Origin: Alphaproteobacteria bacterium
Lineage (GTDB): Bacteria; Pseudomonadota; Alphaproteobacteria; MPNO01
Direction: 5' to 3'
Assembly: GCA_965205995.1 (NCBI GenBank)
Contig: OZ242200.1
Coordinates: forward strand, 952,498-1,016,497
Length of the DNA stretch: 64,000 nucleotides
Positions 39,521 through 50,615 of the stretch are shown here, piece by piece. The notes beneath the pieces were generated by a model, which was not told the origin of the DNA, made no database searches, and worked only from the letters and a program-made list of their open reading frames with translations. Positions within the stretch are counted from its first letter, which is position 1; each line of letters starts with the position of its first letter. Both the position numbers and the translations under genes were made by a program.

Positions 39521-40885
39521 ATGTACGACCCCAAGACCGTCACTCTGCTCTCGTTCAGCAACGCCGTACCCGGGTTTGTGGACGGGAGCGACACGCCGCG
39601 CGCCTATCTGGAACGCTGCATCGGGACCATCGAGGACCGCGAGCCCGCGATCGAGGCGTTCGTCACCCTCAACCTCGACGGCGCGCGCAGGGCCGCCGAT
39701 GCTTCGACCGCCCGCTACCGGGACGGACGGCCGCTCTCCGAGCTCGACGGCCTGCCGGTCGCCATCAAGGACGTCTTCGAGACCGAGGACATGCCCATGC
39801 AGGTGGGCAGCCCCATCTTCGAGGGCCGGTCGTCGGGCTGGGACGCGGCCTGCGTATACGCGCTGCGCAAGGCGGGCGCCGCGATCGTGGGCAAGACCGT
39901 CACCACCGAGTTCGCCTTCGCAACGCCGGGCCCGGCGCGCAACCCCTGGGATGTGGGGCGCACCCCCGGCGGCTCGTCCAGCGGCAGCGGCGCCGCGGTG
40001 GGCGCCGGCATGGTGCCGGCCGCGACCGGCTCGCAGGTGCGCGGCTCCATCCTCAGGCCCGCGGCCTATTGCGGCGCCTACACGCTCAAGGCCTCGTACG
40101 GCGCGATCAACTCACTCGGCGGCTTCCCGTCCGCACCGAGCCTGATCCATGTCGGCTTCATCGCCGGGACGCTGGCCGACATGTGGATCGCCTCGCATTG
40201 CGTCTCGCGCATCGCCGGCGGCGATCCGGGCCATCCCAGCCTCGCGGGCCCTCCGACGCTGCCGCGGCCGGCGAAACCCGATCGCCTGATCCGTCTCGAT
40301 ACGGCCGGCTGGGCGGCCACCACGGAGGAGACCAGGGCCGCGTTCGAAGACTATCTGGGCACGCTTGCCGCCGCGGGAATCGAAATCGTCCGCCGCACCG
40401 ACGATCCGGAGATCGAGGCCTATGAGCGGGACCTCGTCGTTCTGCGCGACGTCATGACCCTGATGCTGACCTACGAGGGGCGCTGGCCGCTCGCGATGTA
40501 CGCCGACCGGCATTGGGATCTGTTGAGCCCTCGCGTGCAGGAGCGCGTGGCCGCCGGTCGCGAGTTGACGCCGGAGGCGTACGCGGAAGCGCTGGAGTGG
40601 TGCATCGCCTTCCGCGCTCGGCATCGAACGCTCAGCGGCCGGGCCGACGGGTTCATCACCCTCAACCAGGTCGATCCGGCGCCCGTTGGCATGCCGGTGG
40701 GCGACGTGGTCTACGGCGAGCCATCGTCGATCCTGGGCTGCCCGGCGCTCAACCTGCCACTGCTCTCGGTGGCAGGGATGCCGCTCGGGGTCCAGCTGAT
40801 GGGCTATTTTCGCGAAGACCACCGGATCGTGGCGAGGGCGCATTGGCTGGTGCACGCGGTGCGCGGAATCGACACGCGCGATTGA
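39521..40885 (+). CDS. amidase signature family protein
   Basis: AIKD, GKTVTTEFA, PGGSSSGS and GSILRPA motifs. Confidence 0.9.
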   Translation: MYDPKTVTLLSFSNAVPGFVDGSDTPRAYLERCIGTIEDREPAIEAFVTLNLDGARRAADASTARYRDGRPLSELDGLPVAIKDVFETEDMPMQVGSPIFEGRSSGWDAACVYALRKAGAAIVGKTVTTEFAFATPGPARNPWDVGRTPGGSSSGSGAAVGAGMVPAATGSQVRGSILRPAAYCGAYTLKASYGAINSLGGFPSAPSLIHVGFIAGTLADMWIASHCVSRIAGGDPGHPSLAGPPTLPRPAKPDRLIRLDTAGWAATTEETRAAFEDYLGTLAAAGIEIVRRTDDPEIEAYERDLVVLRDVMTLMLTYEGRWPLAMYADRHWDLLSPRVQERVAAGRELTPEAYAEALEWCIAFRARHRTLSGRADGFITLNQVDPAPVGMPVGDVVYGEPSSILGCPALNLPLLSVAGMPLGVQLMGYFREDHRIVARAHWLVHAVRGIDTRD

Positions 40886-40918
40886 CGACCGGGGCCGGGC
40901 TCAAGCATCGGAGATAGG

Positions 40919-40943
40919 AAAACCCCCTGAAGACAGGGGTTTT
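40919..40943. terminator. probable bidirectional intrinsic terminator
   Basis: aaaaccccctg-aaga-caggggtttt between the amidase and the tRNA 3' end. Confidence 0.7.
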
Positions 40944-40975
40944 AGGAAATTTTTGGGACTATCGGCGGAAAGCAG

Positions 40976-41051
40976 TGGTGGAGCCGAGGGGAGTCGAACC
41001 CCTGACCTCGACATTGCGAACGTCGCGCTCTCCCAACTGAGCTACGGCCCC
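40976..41051 (-). tRNA. tRNA-Ala(CGC)
   Basis: Reverse complement GGGGCCGTAGCTCAGTTGGGAGAGCGCGACGTTCGCAATGTCGAGGTCAGGGGTTCGACTCCCCTCGGCTCCACCA: 76 nt, G3:U70, CCA end. Confidence 0.97.
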
Positions 41052-41185
41052 GTCCACCGAAGGCGCGGGATAATGTCGAGCCGCGCCTGTGGATGTCAAG
41101 CGTCCGCCTTGCCGCGCCGCTTGCGTGGCCGATCCGCGGGGGCTAGTTTCGCCCCGCCCGGCGGCAGGAGCGAGACCGCGCGACC

Positions 41186-41488
41186 ATGAATGTCATCCTC
41201 GGCCCGATTCTCGGCATCGTCAGCACGATACTCTGGCTCTATATGTGGCTGCTCATCGTGTCCGTGGCGATGAGCTGGCTGTATTCGTTCAACGTCGTCA
41301 ACACGAGCAACCGGTTCGTCTACGCGATCGGCTATTTCACGCACCGGCTCACCGAGCCGGTCCTGGCGCCGATTCGCCGCTTCATCCCCAATCTCGGCTC
41401 GATCGACCTGTCGCCGCTGGTCCTGCTGCTGGCCATCGTTTTCCTCCGCAACGTGATCCACAATCTCGCCTTCGAGATCGGCGGATGA
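41186..41488 (+). CDS. yggT: YggT family membrane protein
   Basis: [14 protein letters not shown]...IDLSPL. Confidence 0.92.
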   Translation: MNVILGPILGIVSTILWLYMWLLIVSVAMSWLYSFNVVNTSNRFVYAIGYFTHRLTEPVLAPIRRFIPNLGSIDLSPLVLLLAIVFLRNVIHNLAFEIGG

Positions 41489-42375
41489 GCCGCCTGATAG
41501 ACGGCAAGGCGGTCGCCGCCGATCTGCGCGGGCGGGTGGCGGAGGCGGTTGCGGCGCTCGCCGGGCGCGGCATCGTCCCGGGTCTCGCCACCGTATTGGT
41601 GGGCGACGATCCGGCGAGCCGGGTCTATGTCCGCAACAAGATCCGGATGTGCGCCGAGGCCGGCATCCGCTCCATCGAGCACGCGCCGGACGCCGACGTC
41701 GCCGAAACCGCCCTGCTCGATCTCGTCGGCGGGCTGAACGCCGACCCGGAGGTCGACGGGATCCTGGTCCAGCTGCCTTTGCCTGCGGGCATCGATTCCG
41801 CCCGGGTGACCGAGTCGATCGATCCGCTCAAGGATGTGGACGGGTTCCACACCACCAACGCGGGCAGGCTGTCCGTCGGGCTGGAGGCGATGGTGCCGTG
41901 CACGCCGGCCGGCTGCATGATCCTGCTGCGGACGATCCACCCCGATCCGAAGGGGCTCCGCGCCGTCGTCGTCGGCAGGTCCAACATCGTCGGCAAACCC
42001 GTCGCCCAGCTCCTGCTCGCCGCCCATTGCACCGTGACCATCGCCCATTCCCGCACCGTCGATCTGGACCGGCGCTGCCGGGAAGCCCACATCCTGATCG
42101 CCGCGGTGGGCCGTCCGCGGATGATCAAGGGCGACTGGGTCGGGCCGGGCGCGACGGTGATCGATGTCGGGATCAACCGGGTCGAGGGGCCGGATGGCAA
42201 GGGCGTGCTGGTGGGCGATGTCGAATTCGAGACCGCGAAGGACATCGCCGGCGCGATCACCCCGGTGCCGGGCGGAGTCGGGCCGATGACCATCGCCTGC
42301 CTGCTGCGAAATACGGCGATCGCCGCGTGCCGGCGGCGCGGGATCGAGGTGCCGGCGGCCATCCGCCTGTCCTAA
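41485..42375 (+). CDS. folD: methylenetetrahydrofolate dehydrogenase/cyclohydrolase
   Basis: [19 protein letters not shown] and PGGVGPMT motifs. Confidence 0.96.
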   Translation: MSRLIDGKAVAADLRGRVAEAVAALAGRGIVPGLATVLVGDDPASRVYVRNKIRMCAEAGIRSIEHAPDADVAETALLDLVGGLNADPEVDGILVQLPLPAGIDSARVTESIDPLKDVDGFHTTNAGRLSVGLEAMVPCTPAGCMILLRTIHPDPKGLRAVVVGRSNIVGKPVAQLLLAAHCTVTIAHSRTVDLDRRCREAHILIAAVGRPRMIKGDWVGPGATVIDVGINRVEGPDGKGVLVGDVEFETAKDIAGAITPVPGGVGPMTIACLLRNTAIAACRRRGIEVPAAIRLS

Positions 42376-43226
42376 CCCCGCAGCCGCGACTCCCGGACGG
42401 TGATGAAATAGGTGCTGGCGAAGATCACCCCGGCGCCGGCCCAGGTCCAGCCATCCACGATCTCGTTGAAGAGCAGCCAGCCGAGCCCGGCGGTGAACGG
42501 TAGCCTGAGGAAATCGAACGGCATCACCGCGCTCGCATCCGCCGCGGCGAAGGCCCGCGCCTGGCAGAAATGGGCGGTCCAGCCCGAAACCCCCATCACC
42601 AGCAGCACCGGCAAATCCTCCCAGCCCGGGGTGACCCAGACGAAGAGCGACGGGATCAGGGTCAGCGGCAACATCATCAGGTTCATGTAGAACACGATCA
42701 CCGAGGCGGGCTCGGTCGTGGTCAGGAACTTCACCGAGGTCCAGGCCCCCGCGTAGAACGCGCAGGACAGGATCACCGCCAGCATGGGCAGGCTGACCGA
42801 TTCCATGCCCGGCCTGACGATCACCAGCGCGCCGAGAAACCCGACCGCCGTCGCGGTCCACCGCGCGGCGTCGACCGTCTCGCGCAGCACCAGCCCGGCG
42901 GCGAGCGTGCAGAACACCGGGATCAGGAAGGACAAGGCGGTCACGTCGCCGACCGGGATGTGGATGAGCCCGTAATACATGCTCAGCATCGCCCCGAAGG
43001 CGAAGGCGGTGCGGACGAAATGCATCGGCAGGCGCCGCGTCCGGAGGCGCGCGAGCCCGCTCCGGGCGATCGTCGGCACGATCAGGAAGATGCCCACCAG
43101 CGCGCGCACGAAGACGATCTCGATCGTCGGGAAGCTGTCCGAGAGCATGCGCACGCTCGCCAGCAGCACGGCGAAGGAGAGCGCGGCGAGCGCCATCCAG
43201 AACGCGCCGCGCCAGATCGCAGCCAT
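42372..43226 (-). CDS. DMT/EamA transporter
   Basis: Ten hydrophobic segments; IVRPG and PFDFLRL motifs. Confidence 0.88.
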   Translation of the reverse strand: MAAIWRGAFWMALAALSFAVLLASVRMLSDSFPTIEIVFVRALVGIFLIVPTIARSGLARLRTRRLPMHFVRTAFAFGAMLSMYYGLIHIPVGDVTALSFLIPVFCTLAAGLVLRETVDAARWTATAVGFLGALVIVRPGMESVSLPMLAVILSCAFYAGAWTSVKFLTTTEPASVIVFYMNLMMLPLTLIPSLFVWVTPGWEDLPVLLVMGVSGWTAHFCQARAFAAADASAVMPFDFLRLPFTAGLGWLLFNEIVDGWTWAGAGVIFASTYFITVRESRLRG

Positions 43227-43232
43227 CGGGCG

Positions 43233-44438
43233 TCAGCGCCGCCGGTTGAGCAGCTTGAGCCTGAGCGCGTTGAGCCGGATGAACCCTTCCGCATCGCGCT
43301 GGTCGTAGACGCTGTCCGCCTCGAAGGTCACATGGGCTTCGGAATAGAGGCTGTTCGGCGACCGCCTGCCGGTGACCGTCACGCTTCCCTTGTAGAGCTT
43401 CAGGCGAACCGTGCCCGAGACCCGCTCCTGGCTCGCATCCACCATCGCCTGGAGCATCTCGCGCTCGGGGGCGAACCAGTACCCGTTATAGACCAGCGAG
43501 GCGTAGCGCGGCATCGCCTCGTCCTTGAGATGCGCCGCCTCGCGGTCGAGGGTGATGCTTTCGATCGCCCGGTGCGCCGCATGGAGGATGGTGCCGCCCG
43601 GGGTCTCGTAGACGCCGCGCGACTTCATCCCGACATAGCGGTTCTCGACCAGGTCGAGCCGCCCGATCCCGTTCATGCCGCCGAGTTCGTTCAAGCGCGC
43701 CAGCAGGGCGGCCGGCGACAGCCCTTCGCCGTCGATCGCCACCGGATCGCCGCGCTCGAAATCGATCTCGATCGTCCTTGCCGCATCGGGCGCGGCCTCG
43801 GGCGAGACGGTGCGGATGAACATCGCCTCGTCCGGCTCGACCCAGGGATCCTCGAGCGCGCGGCCCTCGAAGGAGGTGTGCAGCAGATTGGCGTCGATGG
43901 AATACGGAGGCTCGCCGCGCTTGTCGCGCTCGATCGGGATCTGGTGCTTCTCCGCGAAATCGAGCAGCTTGGTGCGCGAATCCAGATCCCATTCGCGCCA
44001 CGGCGCGATCACCGTGATACCGGGCTCGAACGCGTAATAGCCGAGTTCGAAACGGACCTGGTCGTTGCCTTTCCCGGTAGCGCCGTGGCTCACCGCGTCG
44101 GCCCCGGTCTCGCGCGCGATCTCGATCTGGCGCTTGGCGATCAGCGGCCGCGCGATGGAGGTGCCCAGCAGGTAGCACCCCTCATAGAGCGCGTTGGCGC
44201 GGAACATCGGGAATACGAAGTCACGGACGAATTCCTCGCGCAGATCGTCGACATAGATCTCGCGAACCCCCGCCTGCTCGGCCTTCCTCCGGGCCGGTTC
44301 GAGCTCCTCGCCCTGGCCGAGATCGGCGGTGAAGGTGACCACCTCGCAGCGATAGGTCTCCTGGAGCCATCTGAGGATGACCGAGGTGTCGAGCCCGCCG
44401 GAATAGGCGAGCACCACCTTTTTCACGTCTTCGGCCAT
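43233..44438 (-). CDS. argG: argininosuccinate synthase
   Basis: [23 protein letters not shown] and [10 protein letters not shown] motifs. Confidence 0.97.
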   Translation of the reverse strand: MAEDVKKVVLAYSGGLDTSVILRWLQETYRCEVVTFTADLGQGEELEPARRKAEQAGVREIYVDDLREEFVRDFVFPMFRANALYEGCYLLGTSIARPLIAKRQIEIARETGADAVSHGATGKGNDQVRFELGYYAFEPGITVIAPWREWDLDSRTKLLDFAEKHQIPIERDKRGEPPYSIDANLLHTSFEGRALEDPWVEPDEAMFIRTVSPEAAPDAARTIEIDFERGDPVAIDGEGLSPAALLARLNELGGMNGIGRLDLVENRYVGMKSRGVYETPGGTILHAAHRAIESITLDREAAHLKDEAMPRYASLVYNGYWFAPEREMLQAMVDASQERVSGTVRLKLYKGSVTVTGRRSPNSLYSEAHVTFEADSVYDQRDAEGFIRLNALRLKLLNRRR

Positions 44439-44467
44439 CTCCCCTCCCCTTGTGAAAAGCGCCGGGT

Positions 44468-45583
44468 TCAGCCCGCCCGCGCCCGGGCCGGCACGCGCAC
44501 GCTCTCGGATTTGAGCTGGCCGCAGGCGGCCAGGATGTCGCGGCCGCGCGGGGTGCGCACCGGAGAGGCGTAGCCGGCGCGGTTGACGATCGCGGCAAAG
44601 CGCTCGATCGCCTTCGGCGTGGAGCATTCGAAGGGTGCGCCGGGCCAGGGGTTGAAGGGGATCAGGTTCATCTTGGCGGGGATGCCGCGGACCAGGCGGA
44701 CCAGGGCGCGCGCATCCGCTTCCGAATCGTTGACGCCCTTCAGCATCACGTATTCGAAGGTAATGCGCCGCGCGTTGCGCCCGCCGGGGTAGTCGCGGCA
44801 GGCCGCCAGCAGCTCGGCGATCGGGTAGCGCCGGTTGAGCGGGACCAGTACGTCGCGCAGCTCGTCCGTCACCGCGTGGAGCGATATCGCCAGCCTGACC
44901 CCGAGGTCGCGCCCGACATCGGCGATCCTGGGCACCACGCCCGCGGTCGACAGCGTGATCCGCCGCCGGCTGATCGCGATGCCCTCCATGTCCATGACGA
45001 TGTTCATCGCCTTGACGACGTTGTCGTAGTTGTAGAGCGGCTCGCCCATCCCCATCAGGACGATGTTGGACAGGAGCCGCTGGCCGTTCTCCGCCACCGG
45101 CCACTCGCCCAGCGCGTCGCGCGCCAGCATCACCTGGCCGACGATGTCGCCGGCCGTGAGGTTGCGCACCCAGCTCTGGGTGCCGGTGTGGCAGAACGAG
45201 CAGTTGAGGGTGCAGCCGACCTGGGAGGAAACGCAGAGCGCGCCCCGGTCGTCTTCGGGGATGAAGACGGTCTCGGCCTCGCTGCCGTCGGCGAAACCGA
45301 CCAGCCATTTGCGCGTGCGGTCCACCGCAACCTGTGCGCTGGATACGTTGGGCCGCGAAATCGCGAAATGCTCGGCGAGGAGAAGGCGCAGCGGCTTGGC
45401 GAGCGTCGTCATCGCGTCGAACCCGGTCGCGCCGCGGCAGTAGATCCAGTGCCAGACCTGCTTGGTGCGGAAGGCGGGCAGGCCGAGCGCGGCGAGCGCC
45501 GCGCCCATTTCCTCGCGCGACATCCCTACGAGGTCGCGGCGCGTCCCGGCCTCGGGCGCGATATCGGCTTCAAGGGTCGTCAT
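44468..45583 (-). CDS. rlmN: 23S rRNA/tRNA C2-methyltransferase
   Basis: [14 protein letters not shown] and DILAACGQL motifs. Confidence 0.95.
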   Translation of the reverse strand: MTTLEADIAPEAGTRRDLVGMSREEMGAALAALGLPAFRTKQVWHWIYCRGATGFDAMTTLAKPLRLLLAEHFAISRPNVSSAQVAVDRTRKWLVGFADGSEAETVFIPEDDRGALCVSSQVGCTLNCSFCHTGTQSWVRNLTAGDIVGQVMLARDALGEWPVAENGQRLLSNIVLMGMGEPLYNYDNVVKAMNIVMDMEGIAISRRRITLSTAGVVPRIADVGRDLGVRLAISLHAVTDELRDVLVPLNRRYPIAELLAACRDYPGGRNARRITFEYVMLKGVNDSEADARALVRLVRGIPAKMNLIPFNPWPGAPFECSTPKAIERFAAIVNRAGYASPVRTPRGRDILAACGQLKSESVRVPARARAG

Positions 45584-45671
45584 GGCCGGCACTATACCGC
45601 GCCGCCGCTTTGACATCGAAGGGTCGCGTGGCTTATTCGGAACCCGGACGGAACCGGGTGGAGAGGGCGCG

Positions 45672-46412
45672 ATGACCGACCATGCCGCCGCGCTGATCGC
45701 GGCCGCGAAACCGTTCTGGGACGCCGAGGCGGAGATCACGAGGCGGTTCTTCGCCGGCCCGCCGAGCCGGGACGACTACATCCACTACCTGCGTTCGGCG
45801 GTCTACAAGGAGCTCAACCCGGCGATCGGCTACGGCCCGACGGACGGCTTCGCCAACGGACTCCATATGGAATTCTGCGGGATCGTCGAGCGCTTCAGGG
45901 GGCTCGACGACGACATCGACCGGCGCGACATGCTGGGCGCGCTCAAGATGATGACCGAGGAGTTCGAGCATTATGTGGTGCTCGCCGAGGTGCTCGAATT
46001 CGTGCTCGGACGCAAGCTCGCCCCCGGCGACGCGAAGCAGCTTCCCGAAGACGTGAAGCTCAACGAGATGCGCCGGGCTCACGTCGAATCGGGCGATCCC
46101 CGCCTGGTCGCGGCGATGGGGCTCACCGAGGGCGGCGGCGCCAGCACCTTCCGCGAGGCATCGAAGCTCTCGGGCGGCGCGCTCGAAGAAAAGCTCGCCG
46201 CCGCGATGAAGATCATCCACGACGACGAAAAGGACCATTACGAGGACGCGGCCGCCGATGCCGCCGAGGCGGTCCGCACGCAAGACGACCTCGCGCGGAT
46301 GAAACGCGCCATCCGCGAGGTGTCGATCCAGCGGGTGCTGATGCGGAACGAGCAGTTCCGCTTTCAGATGAGCGGGGACGAGATCGACAGCCTGATCGCC
46401 GGGAACCCGTAG
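45672..46412 (+). CDS. hypothetical ferritin-like (diiron) protein
   Basis: Helical; EEFEH and DDEKDH ExxH pairs; RBS GGAGAGG. Confidence 0.65.
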   Translation: MTDHAAALIAAAKPFWDAEAEITRRFFAGPPSRDDYIHYLRSAVYKELNPAIGYGPTDGFANGLHMEFCGIVERFRGLDDDIDRRDMLGALKMMTEEFEHYVVLAEVLEFVLGRKLAPGDAKQLPEDVKLNEMRRAHVESGDPRLVAAMGLTEGGGASTFREASKLSGGALEEKLAAAMKIIHDDEKDHYEDAAADAAEAVRTQDDLARMKRAIREVSIQRVLMRNEQFRFQMSGDEIDSLIAGNP

Positions 46413-46414
46413 GG

Positions 46415-46529
46415 CGTCCTTCGATACGCCCCTTCGGAGGCTACTCAGGATGAGGGGATTTTTTGAGGCACACCAACCTCTCCTCATCCTGAGTAGCCCC
46501 GGACTTGATCCGGGGTGTATCGAAGGACG
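46415..46529. repeat. paired REP-like element
   Basis: cgtccttcgatac/gtatcgaaggacg ends; inner IR gctactcaggatgagg/cctcatcctgagtagc. Confidence 0.82.
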
Positions 46530-46554
46530 GCATGCGAAAGCCGGAAGGCCGGGA

Positions 46555-47388
46555 TCAGCGCCGCATGTAGCGGGCGACCTCCGGGGACGACATGACTTCG
46601 TCGACGTAGGAGAAGCTGCCCTTTTCCATCGCTTCGGTCGCCGCCGCGACGACGCCGCTCATCGCCGCGCGGTACAGCGACGTCGCGAGGCTGATGCGCC
46701 GCACGCCCGCCGCCGCGAGATCGGCTACCGGAAAGGACTTGCCCGCGATGCCGGCCATGAAGTTGACCGGCTTGGATACGGCACCGCACACCGCGCCGAC
46801 CGCCGCCATGTCCGGCAACGCCGGCGCCATCAGGACATCGGCCCCGGCGCGTTCGTAGGCCTGCAGCCGGGCGATGACCTCGTAGAGGTCCGGAAGGCCG
46901 CGGATGAAACATTCGCTCCGCGCGGTCAGCGTGAAGCGAAAGCCGACCGACCGGGCGGCCTCGGCCGCCGCGGCGATGCGTTCCGCGGCCAGGTCGCGGT
47001 CATAGAACGGATTGTCCGCGTCGCCCGTATAGTCCTCGATGGTGCACCCGACCAGCCCCGCCTCGGCCGCCAGCGTCACGGTTTTCGCCGCAATTTCGGG
47101 TTCGTGGCCGAAGCCGTTCTCCAGATCGGCCGAAACCGGCAGCTCGACCGCGTCCACGACGGCGCGCGCATGGTCCAGGGCCTCGTCGCGCGTGACCTCG
47201 CCGTCGCACCGGCCGAGCGTGCCGGCGAAACCGCCGCTCGTGGTCGCCAGCGCCTCGAACCCCAGACCGGCCAGGATGCGGGCCGAACCGGCATCGAACG
47301 CGTTCGCGAGGATGAAAGGCTCCGCGCCCCGGTGCAGGGCGTGGAAGCGCTCGGCCTTTTCGGCCTGGGTGGATGGGGCGTCGACCAT
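46555..47388 (-). CDS. isocitrate lyase/PEP mutase family protein
   Basis: NAFDAGSA, TTSGG, SADLENGF and TIED motifs. Confidence 0.9.
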   Translation of the reverse strand: MVDAPSTQAEKAERFHALHRGAEPFILANAFDAGSARILAGLGFEALATTSGGFAGTLGRCDGEVTRDEALDHARAVVDAVELPVSADLENGFGHEPEIAAKTVTLAAEAGLVGCTIEDYTGDADNPFYDRDLAAERIAAAAEAARSVGFRFTLTARSECFIRGLPDLYEVIARLQAYERAGADVLMAPALPDMAAVGAVCGAVSKPVNFMAGIAGKSFPVADLAAAGVRRISLATSLYRAAMSGVVAAATEAMEKGSFSYVDEVMSSPEVARYMRR

Positions 47389-47479
47389 GGATGCGGCTCT
47401 CTCCACTGAATCCAGCCCGTGCGATGCTGCGGCCCCGATACCCCCGTGTCAACGGATCGCGCCGGCCATTCCCCCAACC

Positions 47480-47573
47480 CGTCATGCCCGGACTCGTTCC
47501 GGGCATCTCCGTCGACCGGTCGGGTTGAGTTCGGCGGGCGGCGTGGATGGCCGGAACAAGTCCGGCCATGACG
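47480..47573. repeat. paired REP-like element (CGTCATG family)
   Basis: cgtcatgcccggactcgttccgggcatc ... gatggccggaacaagtccggccatgacg in inverted arrangement. Confidence 0.82.
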
Positions 47574-47601
47574 CGGCGGGGACAGGACCCGTATCGCCCA
47601 T

Positions 47602-48000
47602 TCAGCCCGAAGGCGTTTCCTGCGCGGCCTCGGCCGGGTTGAACCTCTCCGTCAGCTGACCGAACTTCACCAGGCAGCCGCTCGGGTCGTACACATGGAG
47701 TTCGTCCATGCCCCACGGCGTCTCGACGACCTTGCCCACATCGATGCGCTCTGCGAGATCCGCGTGCAGCGTATGAATGTCGTTCACGCGGACGTAGCAG
47801 GAGGTGTTTTCCGCAACGTGCCTGTCCGGGCAGAGCCAGAAGTGGATCTCGATATGCTCGCAGATGGCGATGCCGTAATTGCTGTCGCCGAAATCGTGGG
47901 TCTCGAAGCCGAGCTTCTGGAAGAAGTCCAGCGAAGCCGCGATATCCAGCGAGGCAAGCACCGGCATGGCCCGGTCGAACATGGACGGCTTGTCGGGCAT
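47602..48000 (-). CDS. VOC/bleomycin-binding family protein
   Basis: PVLASLDI, IHFW, SCYVRV and TPWGMDELHVYDPSGCL motifs. Confidence 0.82.
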   Translation of the reverse strand: MPDKPSMFDRAMPVLASLDIAASLDFFQKLGFETHDFGDSNYGIAICEHIEIHFWLCPDRHVAENTSCYVRVNDIHTLHADLAERIDVGKVVETPWGMDELHVYDPSGCLVKFGQLTERFNPAEAAQETPSG

Positions 48001-48036
48001 CGGTCGATTGCCTCCTTTCGGCGTGTGGCCAGCGCC

Positions 48037-48084
48037 TATCCGACTTGGATGGAACCGTGGCGGCGGTGCGTCCTTCGATACGCC
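48037..48084. repeat. truncated copy of the MITE end plus REP start
   Basis: tatccgacttggatggaaccgtggcggcg...gcgtccttcgatacg closely resembles 33435-33480. Confidence 0.7.
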
Positions 48085-48804
48085 CTACGACCCGCCCTGC
48101 GCGGCCTGGGTCTTACCGTAGAGCAGCTCCCAGGCCTTGTCGGAATAGCCGGGGCCGCGGCGGGCGTCGTCGGCGAGCGTCTCCAGCGCGCGTTCGACCG
48201 CGGGGCGGGCCCAGATCTTGTCGCGCCAGCGCTTCACGTTGGGGAACGCCTCGATGTCGACGCCCTGCCGTTCGGGAAAGCGGAGCCACGGGAAGATCGC
48301 CATGTCGGCGACGGTGTAGTCGTCGGCCGCCACCCAGTCGCGCCCGTCGAGGCGCTTTTCCAGGACGCCGTAGAGGCGGGTCGCTTCGTTGACGTAGCGG
48401 TCGATCCCGTATTGCAGCTTGTCGCGCTCGAAGCGCTCGGGGGCGTAGGAATGGAAGTGATGCGCCTGGCCCAGCATGGGGCCGACGCCGCCCATCTGCC
48501 ACATCAGCCATTGCAGCACGTCATAACGCGCGTGCGGCTCTTCGGGCATGAAGCGGCCGGTCTTCTCGGCCAGATAGACCAGGATCGCGCCGGTCTCGAA
48601 GACCGGGATTTCCCTGCCTCCCGGGCCGTCGCGGTCGACGATCGCCGGCATCTTGTTGTTCGGGCTGATCTTGAGGAAATCGGGCTCAAACTGGGCGCCT
48701 TCCTGGATGTTGATGGGATGCACGGTCCATTCGAGGCCGCACTCCTCGAGCATGATGTGGATCTTGTGGCCGTTCGGCGTGGGCCATGTGTAGCAATCGA
48801 TCAT
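48085..48804 (-). CDS. glutathione S-transferase (Nu class, YfcG-like)
   Basis: TPNGHK, SPNNKMPAI and WQMGGVGPMLGQ motifs. Confidence 0.92.
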   Translation of the reverse strand: MIDCYTWPTPNGHKIHIMLEECGLEWTVHPINIQEGAQFEPDFLKISPNNKMPAIVDRDGPGGREIPVFETGAILVYLAEKTGRFMPEEPHARYDVLQWLMWQMGGVGPMLGQAHHFHSYAPERFERDKLQYGIDRYVNEATRLYGVLEKRLDGRDWVAADDYTVADMAIFPWLRFPERQGVDIEAFPNVKRWRDKIWARPAVERALETLADDARRGPGYSDKAWELLYGKTQAAQGGS

Positions 48805-48830
48805 CGGTCTCTCCCCTTCTTTGCCGCTGC

Positions 48831-50282
48831 TCAGCCGTCGAGCCTGGCGCGCAGGATTTCGTTCACGGTGGTCGGGTTGGCCTTGCCCCGGCTCGCCTTC
48901 ATGACCTGACCCACGAAGTACCCCAGCAGCCTGGTCTTGCCGCCCCGGTACTCGGCGACCATGTCGGCCCGTTCGGCGAGGATGGTATCGACGATCGCCT
49001 CGATCGCGCCGGAGTCGCTGACCTGCTCCAGACCGCGCTCCTCGACGATCGTTTGCGCATCGCGGCCGGTCTCGAACATGATCTCGAAGACCTCCCTGGC
49101 GGTCCGCCCCGATACGGTCCCCGTCTGCATCAGGTCGATCAGCCGGCCCAGATTCGATGCCGCGACCGGCGCTTGGCGTATCGCGAGACCCGATTTGTTG
49201 AGCGCGCCGAACAGGTCGCGGATCACCCAGTTGGCGGCGAGTTTCGCATCGCGGCCGCGGGCCACGGCCTCGAAATATTCCGCATTCTCGCGGTCGGCGA
49301 CGAGAACCTCGGCGTCCTCGTCGGACAGCCCCAGCTTTGCGACGAACCGCTCCTTCTTCGCATCGGGAAGCTCCGGGAGATTCGTCCGGATGCCGTCGAC
49401 GAACGCCTCGTCGAGAACCAGCGGCATCAGATCCGGATCGGGGAAGTAGCGGTAATCGTGCTCCTCCTCCTTGCTGCGCATCGACCGGGTGACGCCGCGG
49501 TCGGTGTCGAACAGCCGGGTTTGCTGGTCGATGCTGCCGCCGTCCTCGATGACGCCGACCTGGCGCCGCGCTTCGTGGGCGGCCGCCTCGCGGATGGAGC
49601 GGATGGAATTCAGGTTCTTGATCTCGCACCTGGTGCCCAGATCCCCGCCCGGACGCCGCACCGAGACGTTGACGTCGGCGCGCAGCGAGCCTTCCTGCAT
49701 GTTGCCGTCGCAGGTTCCGAGATAGCGGAGGATCGAACGGACCTTCGTCATGAAGGAAGCGGCCTCTTCCGGCGAGCGCATGTCGGGCTCGCTCACGATC
49801 TCCATCAGCGCGACGCCGGCCCGGTTCAGATCGACCCAGGTCCTGCGCGGATCCCGGTCGTGGAGGCTCTTGCCCGCATCCTGTTCGAGGTGGAGACGGA
49901 GGATGCGGACGGTCCTGCGGCCGCCGTCCTCAAGCGCGATCTCGACCGCGCCGCGGCCGACGACGGGCTGTGTGTATTGCGAGATCTGGTAGCCCTGCGG
50001 CAGGTCCGGATAAAAATAGTTCTTGCGGTCGAACACCGAGACCAGGTTGATCTGGGCGCCGAGCCCGAGCCCGGTGCGGACCGCCTGCTCGACGCAGTAT
50101 TCGTTGACCACCGGCAGCATCCCGGGCATCGCCGCATCGACCAGCGAAACCTGAGCGTTGGGCTCGCCCCCGAAGGCGGTGGAAGCACCCGAGAACAGCT
50201 TGGAACGGGAGACGATCTGGGCATGGACCTCCATGCCGATCACGGTTTCCCACGCTCCGCTGCGTCCTTCGATCAGGCTCAC
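48831..50282 (-). CDS. gatB: Asp/Glu-tRNA amidotransferase subunit B
   Basis: [17 protein letters not shown] and HLEQDAGK motifs. Confidence 0.96.
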   Translation of the reverse strand: MSLIEGRSGAWETVIGMEVHAQIVSRSKLFSGASTAFGGEPNAQVSLVDAAMPGMLPVVNEYCVEQAVRTGLGLGAQINLVSVFDRKNYFYPDLPQGYQISQYTQPVVGRGAVEIALEDGGRRTVRILRLHLEQDAGKSLHDRDPRRTWVDLNRAGVALMEIVSEPDMRSPEEAASFMTKVRSILRYLGTCDGNMQEGSLRADVNVSVRRPGGDLGTRCEIKNLNSIRSIREAAAHEARRQVGVIEDGGSIDQQTRLFDTDRGVTRSMRSKEEEHDYRYFPDPDLMPLVLDEAFVDGIRTNLPELPDAKKERFVAKLGLSDEDAEVLVADRENAEYFEAVARGRDAKLAANWVIRDLFGALNKSGLAIRQAPVAASNLGRLIDLMQTGTVSGRTAREVFEIMFETGRDAQTIVEERGLEQVSDSGAIEAIVDTILAERADMVAEYRGGKTRLLGYFVGQVMKASRGKANPTTVNEILRARLDG

Positions 50283-50596
50283 GACCCGGCCCCGCGAGTA
50301 AGAGAGGCGATCAACAAGGTGAGGATGCTGAACGCCGAGACCCGGAAGATAAACACACGCCCGAGCCGGTTCCAGTAACCGCGCCGCGCCGCGGTGACGG
50401 CGGCGGCCGGCGCATTTGCGTCGAAGTTCGCGAGAAACATCGGCCACGAGCGTCGGTGGATCTCCCACATCGCGTATCCCTGCACGACCGCGCTGACGGC
50501 AACGCAGAGCAGCGCCCCGAGATTGCTGAAGTGGAACACGTCGCGGCCGATCAGCCCGAGGCTGACATGGATCAGCAGGTACCAGACGATGGCCAC
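50279..50596 (-). CDS. hypothetical small membrane protein
   Basis: Fills the gatA-gatB gap; three hydrophobic segments; stop overlaps the gatB start. Confidence 0.6.
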   Translation of the reverse strand: MAIVWYLLIHVSLGLIGRDVFHFSNLGALLCVAVSAVVQGYAMWEIHRRSWPMFLANFDANAPAAAVTAARRGYWNRLGRVFIFRVSAFSILTLLIASLTRGAGS

Positions 50597-50615
50597 GGAG
50601 TCCGGGCCCGGCGGC

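Noticed and set aside
10940-41051. Integrase-driven island or prophage at tRNA-Ala
   Set aside because: No integrase, phage genes or tRNA 3' direct repeat were seen by eye.
47602-48000. Bleomycin resistance gene
   Set aside because: The VOC fold alone does not establish resistance, and there is no resistance-cassette context.
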